Part shown: piece after piece, positions 45,700 to 54,607 of the stretch
Layout of the letters: each line of letters opens with the position of its first letter
Numbering within the stretch: position 1 is the stretch's first letter
Origin: Parcubacteria group bacterium
GTDB lineage: Bacteria > Patescibacteriota > Minisyncoccia > UBA10092
Length of the DNA stretch: 64,000 nucleotides
NCBI GenBank assembly: GCA_016186325.1
Contig: JACPLW010000002.1
Coordinates: 1,485 to 65,484 of the forward strand
Direction: 5' to 3'
Translations under genes and position numbers: made by a program
The notes under the pieces: generated by a model
Databases searched by the model: none
What the model was told of the DNA's origin: nothing
What the model saw: the letters and a program-made list of their open reading frames with translations, nothing else

Positions 45700-46596
45700 T
45701 TATTTTCTCTGTTTTCCGTGAAAAGCGTTGTGGACTTCTCTTAATTTTTTATCGGTTATGTGGGTGTAAATTTGAGTCGTGGTTATATTTGAGTGTCCCA
45801 AAAGTTCCTGAACCGAGCGGATATCGGCGCCATTCATTAAAAGATCTGTGGCAAACGAGTGGCGCAAAGTATGGGGCGTGACTTTTTTTGAAAGCCCGGC
45901 TTTAGCCGCATAATGCTTCATCAACCGTTCAACACTTCGGCTTGTCAACCGCAGATTATCGGTCTTGGCCGGATTTTTTGTTTGCCTGATGAAAAGTGCC
46001 TCGTCAACGTCCTCTCGTCTTTCCAAATAGTTTTTTAGCGCTTCTTTGGCGGTATCGGAGATGAAAACCAGGCGGACTTTATCTCCTTTGCCGCGCACCG
46101 AAAACTCGCCGGATTTAAGGTTGACCGAATCGCGGTTTAAATTGCAAAGTTCAGAAACCCGCAGTCCGGTGGAAAATAATAGTTCCAAGATAGCTTTATC
46201 ACGAGCGTTGGTTGGAGATGTTAGTAGGCGCTCAATTTCGTTCCCTTCAAGGAAAGATACCTGCCTCTCCGATTGTTTCCCCAGCTCAATTTTGTCGGCC
46301 GGCATAACCTTGAAATCCCGCCGTGCCAGATATTTTAAAAAATTCCTAAGCCCTATTAAATAATAATTCTGGGTGATCTTTTTAAGCCCTCTTCCGTCCT
46401 GATTTGCCTGCCGGTTCAGCCAAAGACGGTATTGCCTGACCATTTCCGGTGTGATTTGTTCCGGTTTTAAAACCTTAGAAAACTCAAAGAATTTTTTTAA
46501 ATACCGTTCGTAATTCACCCGCGTTTTAATTGACCGGTTTTTTTCTATTTCCAGATAATCCAAATAGTCTTTTAGCAATTCGCCTATGTTTGTCAT
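45700..46596 (-). CDS. tyrosine site-specific recombinase (XerC/XerD-like)
   Basis: RHSFATDLLMNGADIRSVQELLGHSNITTTQIYTHI with catalytic R..H..Y. Confidence 0.85.
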   Translation of the reverse strand: MTNIGELLKDYLDYLEIEKNRSIKTRVNYERYLKKFFEFSKVLKPEQITPEMVRQYRLWLNRQANQDGRGLKKITQNYYLIGLRNFLKYLARRDFKVMPADKIELGKQSERQVSFLEGNEIERLLTSPTNARDKAILELLFSTGLRVSELCNLNRDSVNLKSGEFSVRGKGDKVRLVFISDTAKEALKNYLERREDVDEALFIRQTKNPAKTDNLRLTSRSVERLMKHYAAKAGLSKKVTPHTLRHSFATDLLMNGADIRSVQELLGHSNITTTQIYTHITDKKLREVHNAFHGKQRK

Positions 46597-46640
46597 TATT
46601 TTGATAATAAAATATTTTCCGACATTCTACAACGACAGAA

Positions 46641-46680
46641 AAATGTAGCTCCTCCGGCGATCGCCGGAGGAGCTACATTT
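46641..46680. repeat. perfect 40-bp palindrome between divergent xer-like and rpsO genes
   Basis: AAATGTAGCTCCTCCGGCGATCGCCGGAGGAGCTACATTT. Confidence 0.6.
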
Positions 46681-46726
46681 TTATAATCTTTACTAGACTA
46701 GAATTATATGATATTATCTTCATACG

Positions 46727-46993
46727 ATGCTAAAAACCAAGGAAAAGTCAAAAATTATTGAGAAACATAAGATTCATCCGACCGATACCGGTTCGACTGA
46801 TGTCCAGATTGCCATTTTAAGCGAAGAAATCGAAAGATTGGCAAAACACCTCAAAAAACACGCCAAAGACAACCACTCGCGGCGCGGGCTTTTGGGAATG
46901 GTTTCCCAAAGAAAACAGCTTTTGAGCTACCTGCAGAAAACCAACGAAAAAAGATATAACACTTTGGTTAAAAAGGTGGGATTAAAAAAGTAA
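46727..46993 (+). CDS. rpsO: 30S ribosomal protein S15
   Basis: 88 aa; TGSTDVQIAILSEEI...HSRRGLL signature. Confidence 0.9.
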   Translation: MLKTKEKSKIIEKHKIHPTDTGSTDVQIAILSEEIERLAKHLKKHAKDNHSRRGLLGMVSQRKQLLSYLQKTNEKRYNTLVKKVGLKK

Positions 46994-47533
46994 ATGCCAA
47001 TAATAAAACATAAAGACCAGCGTGTCGCGATTTTAATAGATGTCCAAAACCTTTACCACTCGGCAAAAAACATTTACAATGGCCGGGTAAATTTTTCCAA
47101 AGTTCTGGAAGCAGCTTTGGCGGGCCGAAAGTTGGTTCGCGCCTTGGCTTACGTGATAAAAACCGAAACTGGGGAAGAATCGGCGTTTTTTGAAGCATTA
47201 ACCAAAATGGGGATTGAAACAAAGATAAAAGATCTTCAAATTTTCCCCGGCGGCATGAAAAAAGGCGACTGGGATGTGGGAATGGCGGTAGACGCGATTC
47301 GACTTAGCGAATTCACGATAGATTCAATAGTACTTGGTACCGGCGATGGCGACTTTGTCCCGCTGGTTGACTATCTAAGAGGAAGGGGCCGTCAAGTGGA
47401 GGTTATTGCTTTTGGCAGATCTACTTCGGCAAAGCTAAGAGAGGCGGCGGATGATTTTATCGACATGTCGGCCGACCCAAGAAAGTTCACAATCCCAATA
47501 AAGAAATCCAAACGGAAACCAATGAAAAAATAA
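46994..47533 (+). CDS. NYN-domain (LabA-like) protein
   Basis: VAILIDVQNLY...GTGDGDFVPLV. Confidence 0.65.
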   Translation: MPIIKHKDQRVAILIDVQNLYHSAKNIYNGRVNFSKVLEAALAGRKLVRALAYVIKTETGEESAFFEALTKMGIETKIKDLQIFPGGMKKGDWDVGMAVDAIRLSEFTIDSIVLGTGDGDFVPLVDYLRGRGRQVEVIAFGRSTSAKLREAADDFIDMSADPRKFTIPIKKSKRKPMKK

Positions 47534-47637
47534 TTAAAAAAATTAAATAAAATAATAATTAATGGTTCGTCTGTGGATAGGTAGTTCAGGACCTTTAGGT
47601 GCTGACCTAAAATCTATAGACGGACCTGCAAAAAATA

Positions 47638-49748
47638 TGCAGGAAGTAAAAAAATATTCTCTGGATTTTGCCCCGCCATCAGCGGGACGAGCCGGCCAGA
47701 CGCTAAAAATTGAAATAGGCAAACTGGCAAGTCAAGCTAATGGCGCCGTAACCGCACAACTCGGTGATACGGTAGTTTTGGCAACGTGCGTAATGTCAAA
47801 AAATCAGAAAATCGGAGTGAATTATATGCCGCTCACGGTTGATTATGAAGAAAAGTTTTATGCCCGCGGCAAAATTTTGGGCTCAAGATTTATGAGGCGG
47901 GAAGGCCGGCCTTCGGATGAAGCCATTCTAAACGGCCGTTTGATTGACCGGGCCCTGCGTCCGCTTTTTGATACAAGTATTCGCAATGAAATTCAAATTG
48001 TCACCACGGTTCTTTCGGTAGACGATAAAAATGACCCGGATATCGTTGCCATGATCGCTTCCTCGATAGCTCTTGCGATTTCTGACATCCCGTGGAACGG
48101 GCCTATCGCGGCTGTAAGAATTGGTCGCGCCGATTCAAAATGGATCTTGAATCCGAGTTTTGAAGAACGCCGATCGGGCATTACCGATTTAGTTGTTTCG
48201 GTCTCTCCGGACTTAAAAATAAATATGATCGAGGCCGGCGGATCTGAAATAAAAGAAGAAGAACTTTTGGAAGGATTCAAATTCGCCGAAGAAACTCTTA
48301 AAAATATCGTTGAGTTTATCAAAAAGATCGCCGGTGATTTTAATACACCAAAAGCGACGGCTGTTCTTGAGGCTACCGATAGCGAACTAGAAGAAAAAGC
48401 AAATGAATTTTTAAATGAAGACAACGCTCTTGAGAGCGCTCTTAACGAAAAGAAAAAAACGCAGTTGTGGATGAATTTAGACGTTTTAAAAGAAAAATTG
48501 ACGGCTTATATCAATACCATTGATGAATCAAAAGTAAAAATGGCAGAAAACTTTTTTGAAAAGGCAGTTGATAAAATGGTTCATAAAAATATTTTGGAAA
48601 AAGAATTGAGGCCAGACGGGAGATCTCTCGACGAATTGAGAGATTTAAGTTCTGAAATATCGTTTCTTCCCCGCACCCACGGTAGCGGCCTATTTCAGAG
48701 AGGCGAAACCCAAGTTTTGTCGGTTTTGACTTTGGGCGCTCCTTCCGATGAACTTATTATTGAGGGAATGGTAATAAGCACTAAAAAACACTTTGTCCAC
48801 CAATATAACTTTCCGCCTTTTTCGGTCGGAGAAATTGGCCGGATGGGCGGGCCGAAAAGAAGAGATATAGGCCATGGCGCTTTAGCCGAAAAAGCGCTTC
48901 AAATGATGGTGCCTGAAAAAGAAGAATTTCCTTATGCCATAAGAATCGTCTCCGAAGTTTTATCGTCCAACGGTTCTTCATCTATGGCATCAACTTGCGC
49001 CTCAACATTGGCGCTTATGGATGCCGGCGTGCCTCTTAAAAAACCGGTGGCCGGCATCGCCATGGGTTTGATGAGCGACGGGAAAAACGTTCATAAAATT
49101 TTAACCGACATTCAAGGCCCGGAAGACCACTATGGCGACATGGATTTTAAAGTGGCCGGCACGCGCGACGGTGTTACCGCCCTGCAAATGGATGTAAAAA
49201 TTGATGGAGTGGATATAGAAACACTCGAAAAAGCCCTGGCGCAGGCAAAAAAAGCGCGGCTCCAAATTTTGGATCATATGGCAAAAACCATCGCCGAGCC
49301 AAAAAAAGAATTATCGCCACTCGCGCCAAGAATTATTACCATGCAAGTTCATGTTGACAAAATTAGAGAGGTTATCGGCCCGGGCGGCAAAGTGATTAAC
49401 GATATCATCGCCAAAACCGGCGCCACGGTTGACATTGAAGATTCCGGCTTAATTTTCATAACCGCCGAAAATGAAGAAAGCGGGCTCAAAGCCAAACAAA
49501 TGGTTGAAGATATCGTTAAAGAGTACAAAATCGGCGATATCGTCACCGGTAAAGTAATTCAAATTCTTGATTTTGGCGCCATTGTTGAAATTGGCCGCGG
49601 AAAAGACGGAATGATACACATTTCGGAGCTCGCTCCGCGCCGAGTAGAAAAAGTCACCGACATCGTAAACATCGGCGACGAAGTAACAGTGAAAATAAAG
49701 AGGGTTGAAGGCGGAAAAATCAGTTTGTCGTTAAAAGACGTGAGTTAA
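47638..49748 (+). CDS. pnp: polynucleotide phosphorylase
   Basis: RNase PH domains, KH and S1; start taken at MQEVKKYSLDF (family-typical N-terminus); the ORF track extends to ATG 47562 across a stem-loop leader. Confidence 0.9.
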
Positions 49749-49760
49749 GAAATATAAAAT

Positions 49761-50135
49761 ATGAACGAGAATTTGCCAAAATCTGAAACTAACGAAGAAA
49801 GTGAGAAACATCTATTAAGTGACGCAAAACGTGTAATAAATTCTATGTGGAAAAAAGCGATGGACGCGGGCGATCTTCCATTGAGCGTAGATCCGAGTTA
49901 TCAGGTTTGGCTAGAAGATTTGGAAAAGCGTAAAAGCGAATTCGCAAGAGTTTTGTTTAACAAAGCTAGAGAATCGGTTGGAGAGGATAAACTTCGTTCA
50001 GCGCAGACACTTAAACATCTTATGGAGCTTCTCAATAACTCGGAGCGGCACGAATTGTTAAAAGAACTCATGACAACAGATGAAGCGATACAAAAATTGA
50101 TTGCGGATGCGGAGCAGCAGGTGAGATCAAAATAA
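49761..50135 (+). CDS. hypothetical protein
   Basis: 124-aa ORF within the inserted segment after pnp. Confidence 0.45.
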   Translation: MNENLPKSETNEESEKHLLSDAKRVINSMWKKAMDAGDLPLSVDPSYQVWLEDLEKRKSEFARVLFNKARESVGEDKLRSAQTLKHLMELLNNSERHELLKELMTTDEAIQKLIADAEQQVRSK

Positions 50136-50151
50136 ATACTTCTCAATCAAA

Positions 50152-50190
50152 TTACGGATTTTCAACCGATCGGAATAATGTCCGTAATTT
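50152..50190. repeat. 39-bp direct repeat copy 1 (ATTACGGATTTTCAACCGATCGGAATAATGTCCGTAATT)
   Basis: 38/39 identical to 50855-50893; internally an imperfect inverted repeat ATTACGGA..TCCGTAAT. Confidence 0.7.
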
Positions 50191-50233
50191 GAAGTAAGTG
50201 CAAAAATAAATAAAGTTCTTTTTATAAAAATTT

Positions 50234-50782
50234 TTATAGACGAAATCTCTCTTTAAGATCTAACTCAATATCAACATCTTTAATTCTTAAAAATCTTACG
50301 TAGGGAGCGAGGTTAAACATTTCTACAATAAAATCTATTTCATTTTTACATTCATATGGATGAATAAATACACTTTTCTGCATTGGGTAAAAGCCAAGCT
50401 CTTTTAACTTAGCTGCCAGGGCTTTTCTCCCAACATTTTTATCTTCGGGTATATCAAAAATTACTAAACGCCATAATTTGTCCCATTGCGTTGGTTTTTT
50501 AATTTCTATTTTATCCAAATCATATTTTAAAATTCTGCTTTTCCCTTTTGCGCTCAAAGTAAGCATAACCGTTCCGTCTTTATCTTCTTTATAGTCAACA
50601 AGCTTTGATCGGTACAATCTTTTTATTGCTTCTCTTAAATACCGCTCATTTATTTTTCCCCATTCTTTAGAAACTTTCTTTAGAATACGAAAATAATGAT
50701 CTGGCCGACGTGTTAAAGATAAAGCAAATCCAGCTTCTAAGAGAAGTAAAACTTTTTTACTTGCCGGTCCTAAATGTTTCAT
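50234..50782 (-). CDS. hypothetical protein with wHTH-like N-terminal and Cas2/VapD-like C-terminal signature
   Basis: 182 aa; C-terminal WRLVIFDIPEDKNVGRKALAAKLKELGFYPMQKSVFIHP resembles the Cas2-fold core; no cas genes or CRISPR nearby. Confidence 0.45.
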   Translation of the reverse strand: MKHLGPASKKVLLLLEAGFALSLTRRPDHYFRILKKVSKEWGKINERYLREAIKRLYRSKLVDYKEDKDGTVMLTLSAKGKSRILKYDLDKIEIKKPTQWDKLWRLVIFDIPEDKNVGRKALAAKLKELGFYPMQKSVFIHPYECKNEIDFIVEMFNLAPYVRFLRIKDVDIELDLKERFRL

Positions 50783-50854
50783 GTATTTCCTTTACTTTAT
50801 TATTTTTGATAATTTAATTTTTTTTATTATTTAAATTTAAATAATATCACAAAG

Positions 50855-50893
50855 ATTACGGATTTTCAACCGATCGGAATAATATCCGTAATT
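50855..50893. repeat. 39-bp direct repeat copy 2
   Basis: See copy 1. Confidence 0.7.
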
Positions 50894-51004
50894 GGCAATA
50901 GACACAAAAATAGAAAAATCAGTTTGTCGCTGAAGGATGCCGCAGATAGAAAATAGAAACAAAAAAAAGCCGTTGGAATTATATCCCACCGGCAAGAAGT
51001 TATT

Positions 51005-51181
51005 TTATCTTCTAACTTTAGCTCCGCAATCCCAGCAACGCTTATCGTCACTTGTCCAAGTATCGTGATCACAAGCAAATTTACCAACATCTTCAACAGG
51101 AATTATTTTCTCAAAGCCCCTTGAACGAATCCGGAGTACAAGATATTTACCTTGCGCATCACGCCGATACTCTGTTTTCAT
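51005..51181 (-). CDS. small zinc-ribbon protein (58 aa)
   Basis: SD AAGGAGG 4 nt before ATG; CDHD...CWDCG. Confidence 0.45.
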   Translation of the reverse strand: MKTEYRRDAQGKYLVLRIRSRGFEKIIPVEDVGKFACDHDTWTSDDKRCWDCGAKVRR

Positions 51182-51218
51182 GTTGCCTCCTTGGAGTTGA
51201 AGAGTGCCCCCCAGGGGC

Positions 51219-51401
51219 TTATCTGAAAACATGGCACATATCGTAATCTTTTTTAACTCTTGTCGCGCTATAGCCAGAGATTAGGCGAGCTTCTCGATAC
51301 GCTTGAGGTAAAAATGTATCACATCTTGGCGAGCACCAATTTTTATGGTCTTTTATTTCTTTCTCAACGGCTTTTCGCAGTTCTTGGACAGTTTTTTTCA
51401 T
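51219..51401 (-). CDS. small hypothetical protein (60 aa)
   Basis: SD GAGGAGG before ATG; tandem with 51005-51181. Confidence 0.45.
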   Translation of the reverse strand: MKKTVQELRKAVEKEIKDHKNWCSPRCDTFLPQAYREARLISGYSATRVKKDYDMCHVFR

Positions 51402-51549
51402 AACGCCTCCTCGTTGTTAAAAAACAGAAAAAGTGCTGTGAACAGAGTCTATAACACAACAGTTTTAAACTCAAGTTTTATGTTGCTGTGGATAAACGAA
51501 CAACATTGTCCTGCAGCTGCGAGGTGGTTTTTATGTTATAATAAAAATA

Positions 51550-52650
51550 ATGGCAGACCCAACTACACAAAAAGACGAAAATATTGTTATTCGGACAATG
51601 AAAAGCGACCTGGAAGACTTGAACAATCCTCGTCCAAAAAAAGAGAAGGAACCGATTCCGGTAATGCCGGCGGGATCTATTTCTAAAGAGACGCAATACA
51701 AGGCACCTCAAATGCCAACGCTCCCGCCACTGCCAAAAATAGAAGAGAAAACTAAACCGCCTATTTTAATTGTTCCGCAAAAAATTATTCCTCCAAAGGA
51801 GATCACTGAAATCCCCGCGAGACCTATATATAAAGCTATGCCCGCGTTGATTAAGATTGGCGCCATCGGATTGGGCGTAATTTTAATCACGATTTTTGGA
51901 CTTTATGGCTATTGGAAAGTTTTTATTCAAACTGAACCGCCGGCGCCACCCGTTATTACGCCTAGCGCCACAACCACTGTTCCCGGATTTCCTATAACGC
52001 CATCCGCTACCACAACAGCACCCATAAAATTCTTCAATAAACTACCGAACAAAACGGTGACAATTGATTTGTCTTCAAAAACACCGGGCGCGCTAATTCA
52101 AGCATTACAATCTGAAGCGGCTGTAAGCGAGACACGCGCTTCGGTAAAACAAATTAAAGTAACCTACCTGGGGAAATCTATAACTGCTCAAGAATTCTTT
52201 GACTTGATGTCTATCTTCGCTCCACAGAATTTTCTGTCAAACTATGAAAATGAATTTGCTTTTACTTTTTTCTATCACTTATACCAGCAAAAAAACGAAG
52301 TGCGGCCAATTTTGATTTTAAAAACCAAAAACCGAGACTTGGCTCAAACCCAGCTGCAAGATTGGGAAAAAACCAGCTTAATAAGCGATATGTACCCTTT
52401 GTTTTTATTAGATTTTAAATTACCAACAATAAAATCTTTTAAATCTTACTTATTTATCAATCAACCTGTCCGATATCTAAACATTAATGTCCCGTACGCT
52501 TCATTAAGCTACACAATCTATAACGACTTTGTTATTTTATCGACTTCCAGTGCCGGAATGTTTGTAATTTTGCAAGACTTGACGGGACAAAGCATTTCCG
52601 CCGATTACTTAAAGCGTCTCGAGGCTTCACTCGGAAATTTAACCAGATAA
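51550..52650 (+). CDS. membrane-anchored Pro/Thr-rich hypothetical protein
   Basis: 366 aa; TM helix AIGLGVILITIFGLYGYW; PT-rich linker. Confidence 0.5.
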   Translation: MADPTTQKDENIVIRTMKSDLEDLNNPRPKKEKEPIPVMPAGSISKETQYKAPQMPTLPPLPKIEEKTKPPILIVPQKIIPPKEITEIPARPIYKAMPALIKIGAIGLGVILITIFGLYGYWKVFIQTEPPAPPVITPSATTTVPGFPITPSATTTAPIKFFNKLPNKTVTIDLSSKTPGALIQALQSEAAVSETRASVKQIKVTYLGKSITAQEFFDLMSIFAPQNFLSNYENEFAFTFFYHLYQQKNEVRPILILKTKNRDLAQTQLQDWEKTSLISDMYPLFLLDFKLPTIKSFKSYLFINQPVRYLNINVPYASLSYTIYNDFVILSTSSAGMFVILQDLTGQSISADYLKRLEASLGNLTR

Positions 52651-53787
52651 AAAACTCTTTAGCCTTAGAATTCTAAACAAGGATTCATCGATTCTCTTTT
52701 CCGTAATCTCCTTATTGAGCACGGCTTTTTTTAATTGGTTTAAAATTTTAACTTGTTTTTCCGGCGTGAAAGTACTGATAAGCATATCCGCGCCGGCATT
52801 AATAGAATCTACGGCAACTTGTTCGATTGAGCCTCCAACCGATGCCATTTCAAGATCATCGGTAATAATCACGCCCTCAAACTGAAGTTGTTTTCTCAAA
52901 ATACCACCAAGCATTTCTGAAGACAGCGTAGAGGGTTTTTGACTTATAAAAGGAATGGCAATGTGGGCAGTCATAATTGCAGGAACCCGGCTGTCAAGCA
53001 GTATTTTTTTAAATGGTACCAGGTTAATGTCAAATGTTTCCTTATTGATTCTTAGCAACGCTTTATTATTGTGAGGATCCGATAAAATGTCGCTATATCC
53101 CGGAAAATGTTTAACAACCGGCATTACGCCGCCCTTGATATAGCCGTTTACCATAGCTCCCCCTAATTTGCCGCTGTTTTCAGGAGTAGTCTCAAATGTC
53201 CGATGATAAAGATAAGAATTTTTATCCGAAACATAATCCAGAATCGGCGAAAAATTCATATTCACGCCTAATTCTTTCAGTTCTTGCGCTCTTTTAAAAG
53301 CGACGCTTTCTGCTTGAGCTATGCTGATAATTTTGTTTTGCGGCGTTAATTCGCTCAAAAATTTAAAACGCACCATAACCCCTCCTTCTTGATCGGTGGC
53401 AATCAAAAGCGGAATTTGAGAAATTGATTGTAAATCACTAATGAGTTTTCTGACTTGGTTTCGATTTTCTACATTACGGCCCAGTAAATTTATGCCGCCA
53501 ACATGATACTGCTTAATCATCTTTTCAACATGGCTATCGACATATTCATTTTCAAAGCCGATAATCATCATTTGCCCGATTTTTTCATCCAAAGACATTT
53601 TAGAAATTTTTAACTTAACAGGGTCATCTATTGGCGATTTTAAATTTGTTAATTGATTTGGTTCTTTTTCAGATTTTCCTTGCTCCGTACTACCAATAAA
53701 ATAAAATACTGTACTGCCTGCAACTGCGATAAACAACGCGATGATTAAAATATTCTTAAACATACAAACATAATATACCATGGCCAT
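52639..53787 (-). CDS. nagZ: beta-N-acetylhexosaminidase (GH3 family, NagZ-like)
   Basis: KIGQMMIIGFE; ATDQEGGVMVRF; KHFPGYS. Confidence 0.8.
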   Translation of the reverse strand: MAMVYYVCMFKNILIIALFIAVAGSTVFYFIGSTEQGKSEKEPNQLTNLKSPIDDPVKLKISKMSLDEKIGQMMIIGFENEYVDSHVEKMIKQYHVGGINLLGRNVENRNQVRKLISDLQSISQIPLLIATDQEGGVMVRFKFLSELTPQNKIISIAQAESVAFKRAQELKELGVNMNFSPILDYVSDKNSYLYHRTFETTPENSGKLGGAMVNGYIKGGVMPVVKHFPGYSDILSDPHNNKALLRINKETFDINLVPFKKILLDSRVPAIMTAHIAIPFISQKPSTLSSEMLGGILRKQLQFEGVIITDDLEMASVGGSIEQVAVDSINAGADMLISTFTPEKQVKILNQLKKAVLNKEITEKRIDESLFRILRLKSFLSG

Positions 53788-54057
53788 GTGGATAATTGGT
53801 TATTGACAAAACAACAACATGGTGCTAAGCTTATTATAAGTCCTCGTTTCTGATCTGTTAAAAGTTATCCTGGTATTCGTACTGGGAAAAGGCTATCTGC
53901 TAGCCAAAATTGATTAGCTCTTTTCAAAAATTTAGGTCTTGTACCGCAGAGCGGAACAAGGACATTAGGATAGAGAAAGCAGACTCTATCCATACAAGGG
54001 CGACCAACACCCATTTAAACAATAGTTTTACGGGTTCTAACGGCGCCCTTTTTCGTT

Positions 54058-54090
54058 GTTGTCAAAAATTTAATAATTTTTGGTATAACA
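54058..54090 (+). promoter_or_regulatory. sigma70-like promoter TTGTCA-18-TATAAC upstream of composite element and dksA-like gene
   Basis: TTGTCAaaaatttaataatttttggTATAAC. Confidence 0.45.
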
Positions 54091-54097
54091 AACAGAA

Positions 54098-54155
54098 CCC
54101 CGCAATCCCGATATTACAGTCGGGACTCCGACCCCAGAGGCGTCGGAGCTGCGGG
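54098..54155 (+). repeat. composite multi-hairpin element, copy 2 (in the dksA-like 5' UTR)
   Basis: CCCCGCAATCC [CCGA..TCGGG] [CTCCGAC..GTCGGAG] CTGCGGG; same architecture as 4790-4857. Confidence 0.6.
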
Positions 54156-54208
54156 ATTTATACGTTATTGTTGACCGCTTTTTAATTTTCGTATACTATC
54201 TAACCATT

Positions 54209-54607
54209 ATGTTAGACCAACAAACTTTAGAGGAATTAAAATCTGCGCTTGATAAAGAGCGTGAAATTCTAATTGGTGAATTAGAAACCATCGCTACGCC
54301 CGATCCTCACTTAAAGGACGACTGGAACGTCAAACATGAAGAATGGAGTGAAAATCAAATAACAAGCGAGGAAACGCTTGAAAGCGATGAGAGCGTCAAC
54401 GAATCAGACGAAGATATGAAAAATAAAGCTCTTTCCGACCATCTTGAATTAAGATTGAGAGATGTAAATAATGCTTTAAAACGCATGGAAGACGGAACCT
54501 ATGGGACTTGCGAAGTTTGCCAAGAACCAATCGCGCTTGAACGGCTAAAAGCCAACCCGGCAGCTTCAACCGATGTAGAACATGCTGTGAAAAATCATGG
54601 CATCTAA
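54209..54607 (+). CDS. DksA/TraR-family C4 zinc-finger protein
   Basis: C-terminal CEVCQEPIALERL; coiled-coil N-terminus. Confidence 0.7.
   Translation: MLDQQTLEELKSALDKEREILIGELETIATPDPHLKDDWNVKHEEWSENQITSEETLESDESVNESDEDMKNKALSDHLELRLRDVNNALKRMEDGTYGTCEVCQEPIALERLKANPAASTDVEHAVKNHGI

Noticed and set aside
47562-47637. Upstream extension of pnp to ATG 47562
   Set aside because: The extension is encoded by a stem-loop leader. The PNPase family N-terminus aligns with MQEVKKY at 47638. Kept only as an alternative.
50234-50782. CRISPR-Cas locus
   Set aside because: Only a Cas2-fold-like C-terminal signature; no cas1, no regularly spaced repeat array anywhere in the window.
53910-54185. 91-aa plus-strand ORF
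   Set aside because: Spans the hairpin-rich spacer, promoter and composite repeat; no SD; better explained as regulatory or ncRNA DNA.
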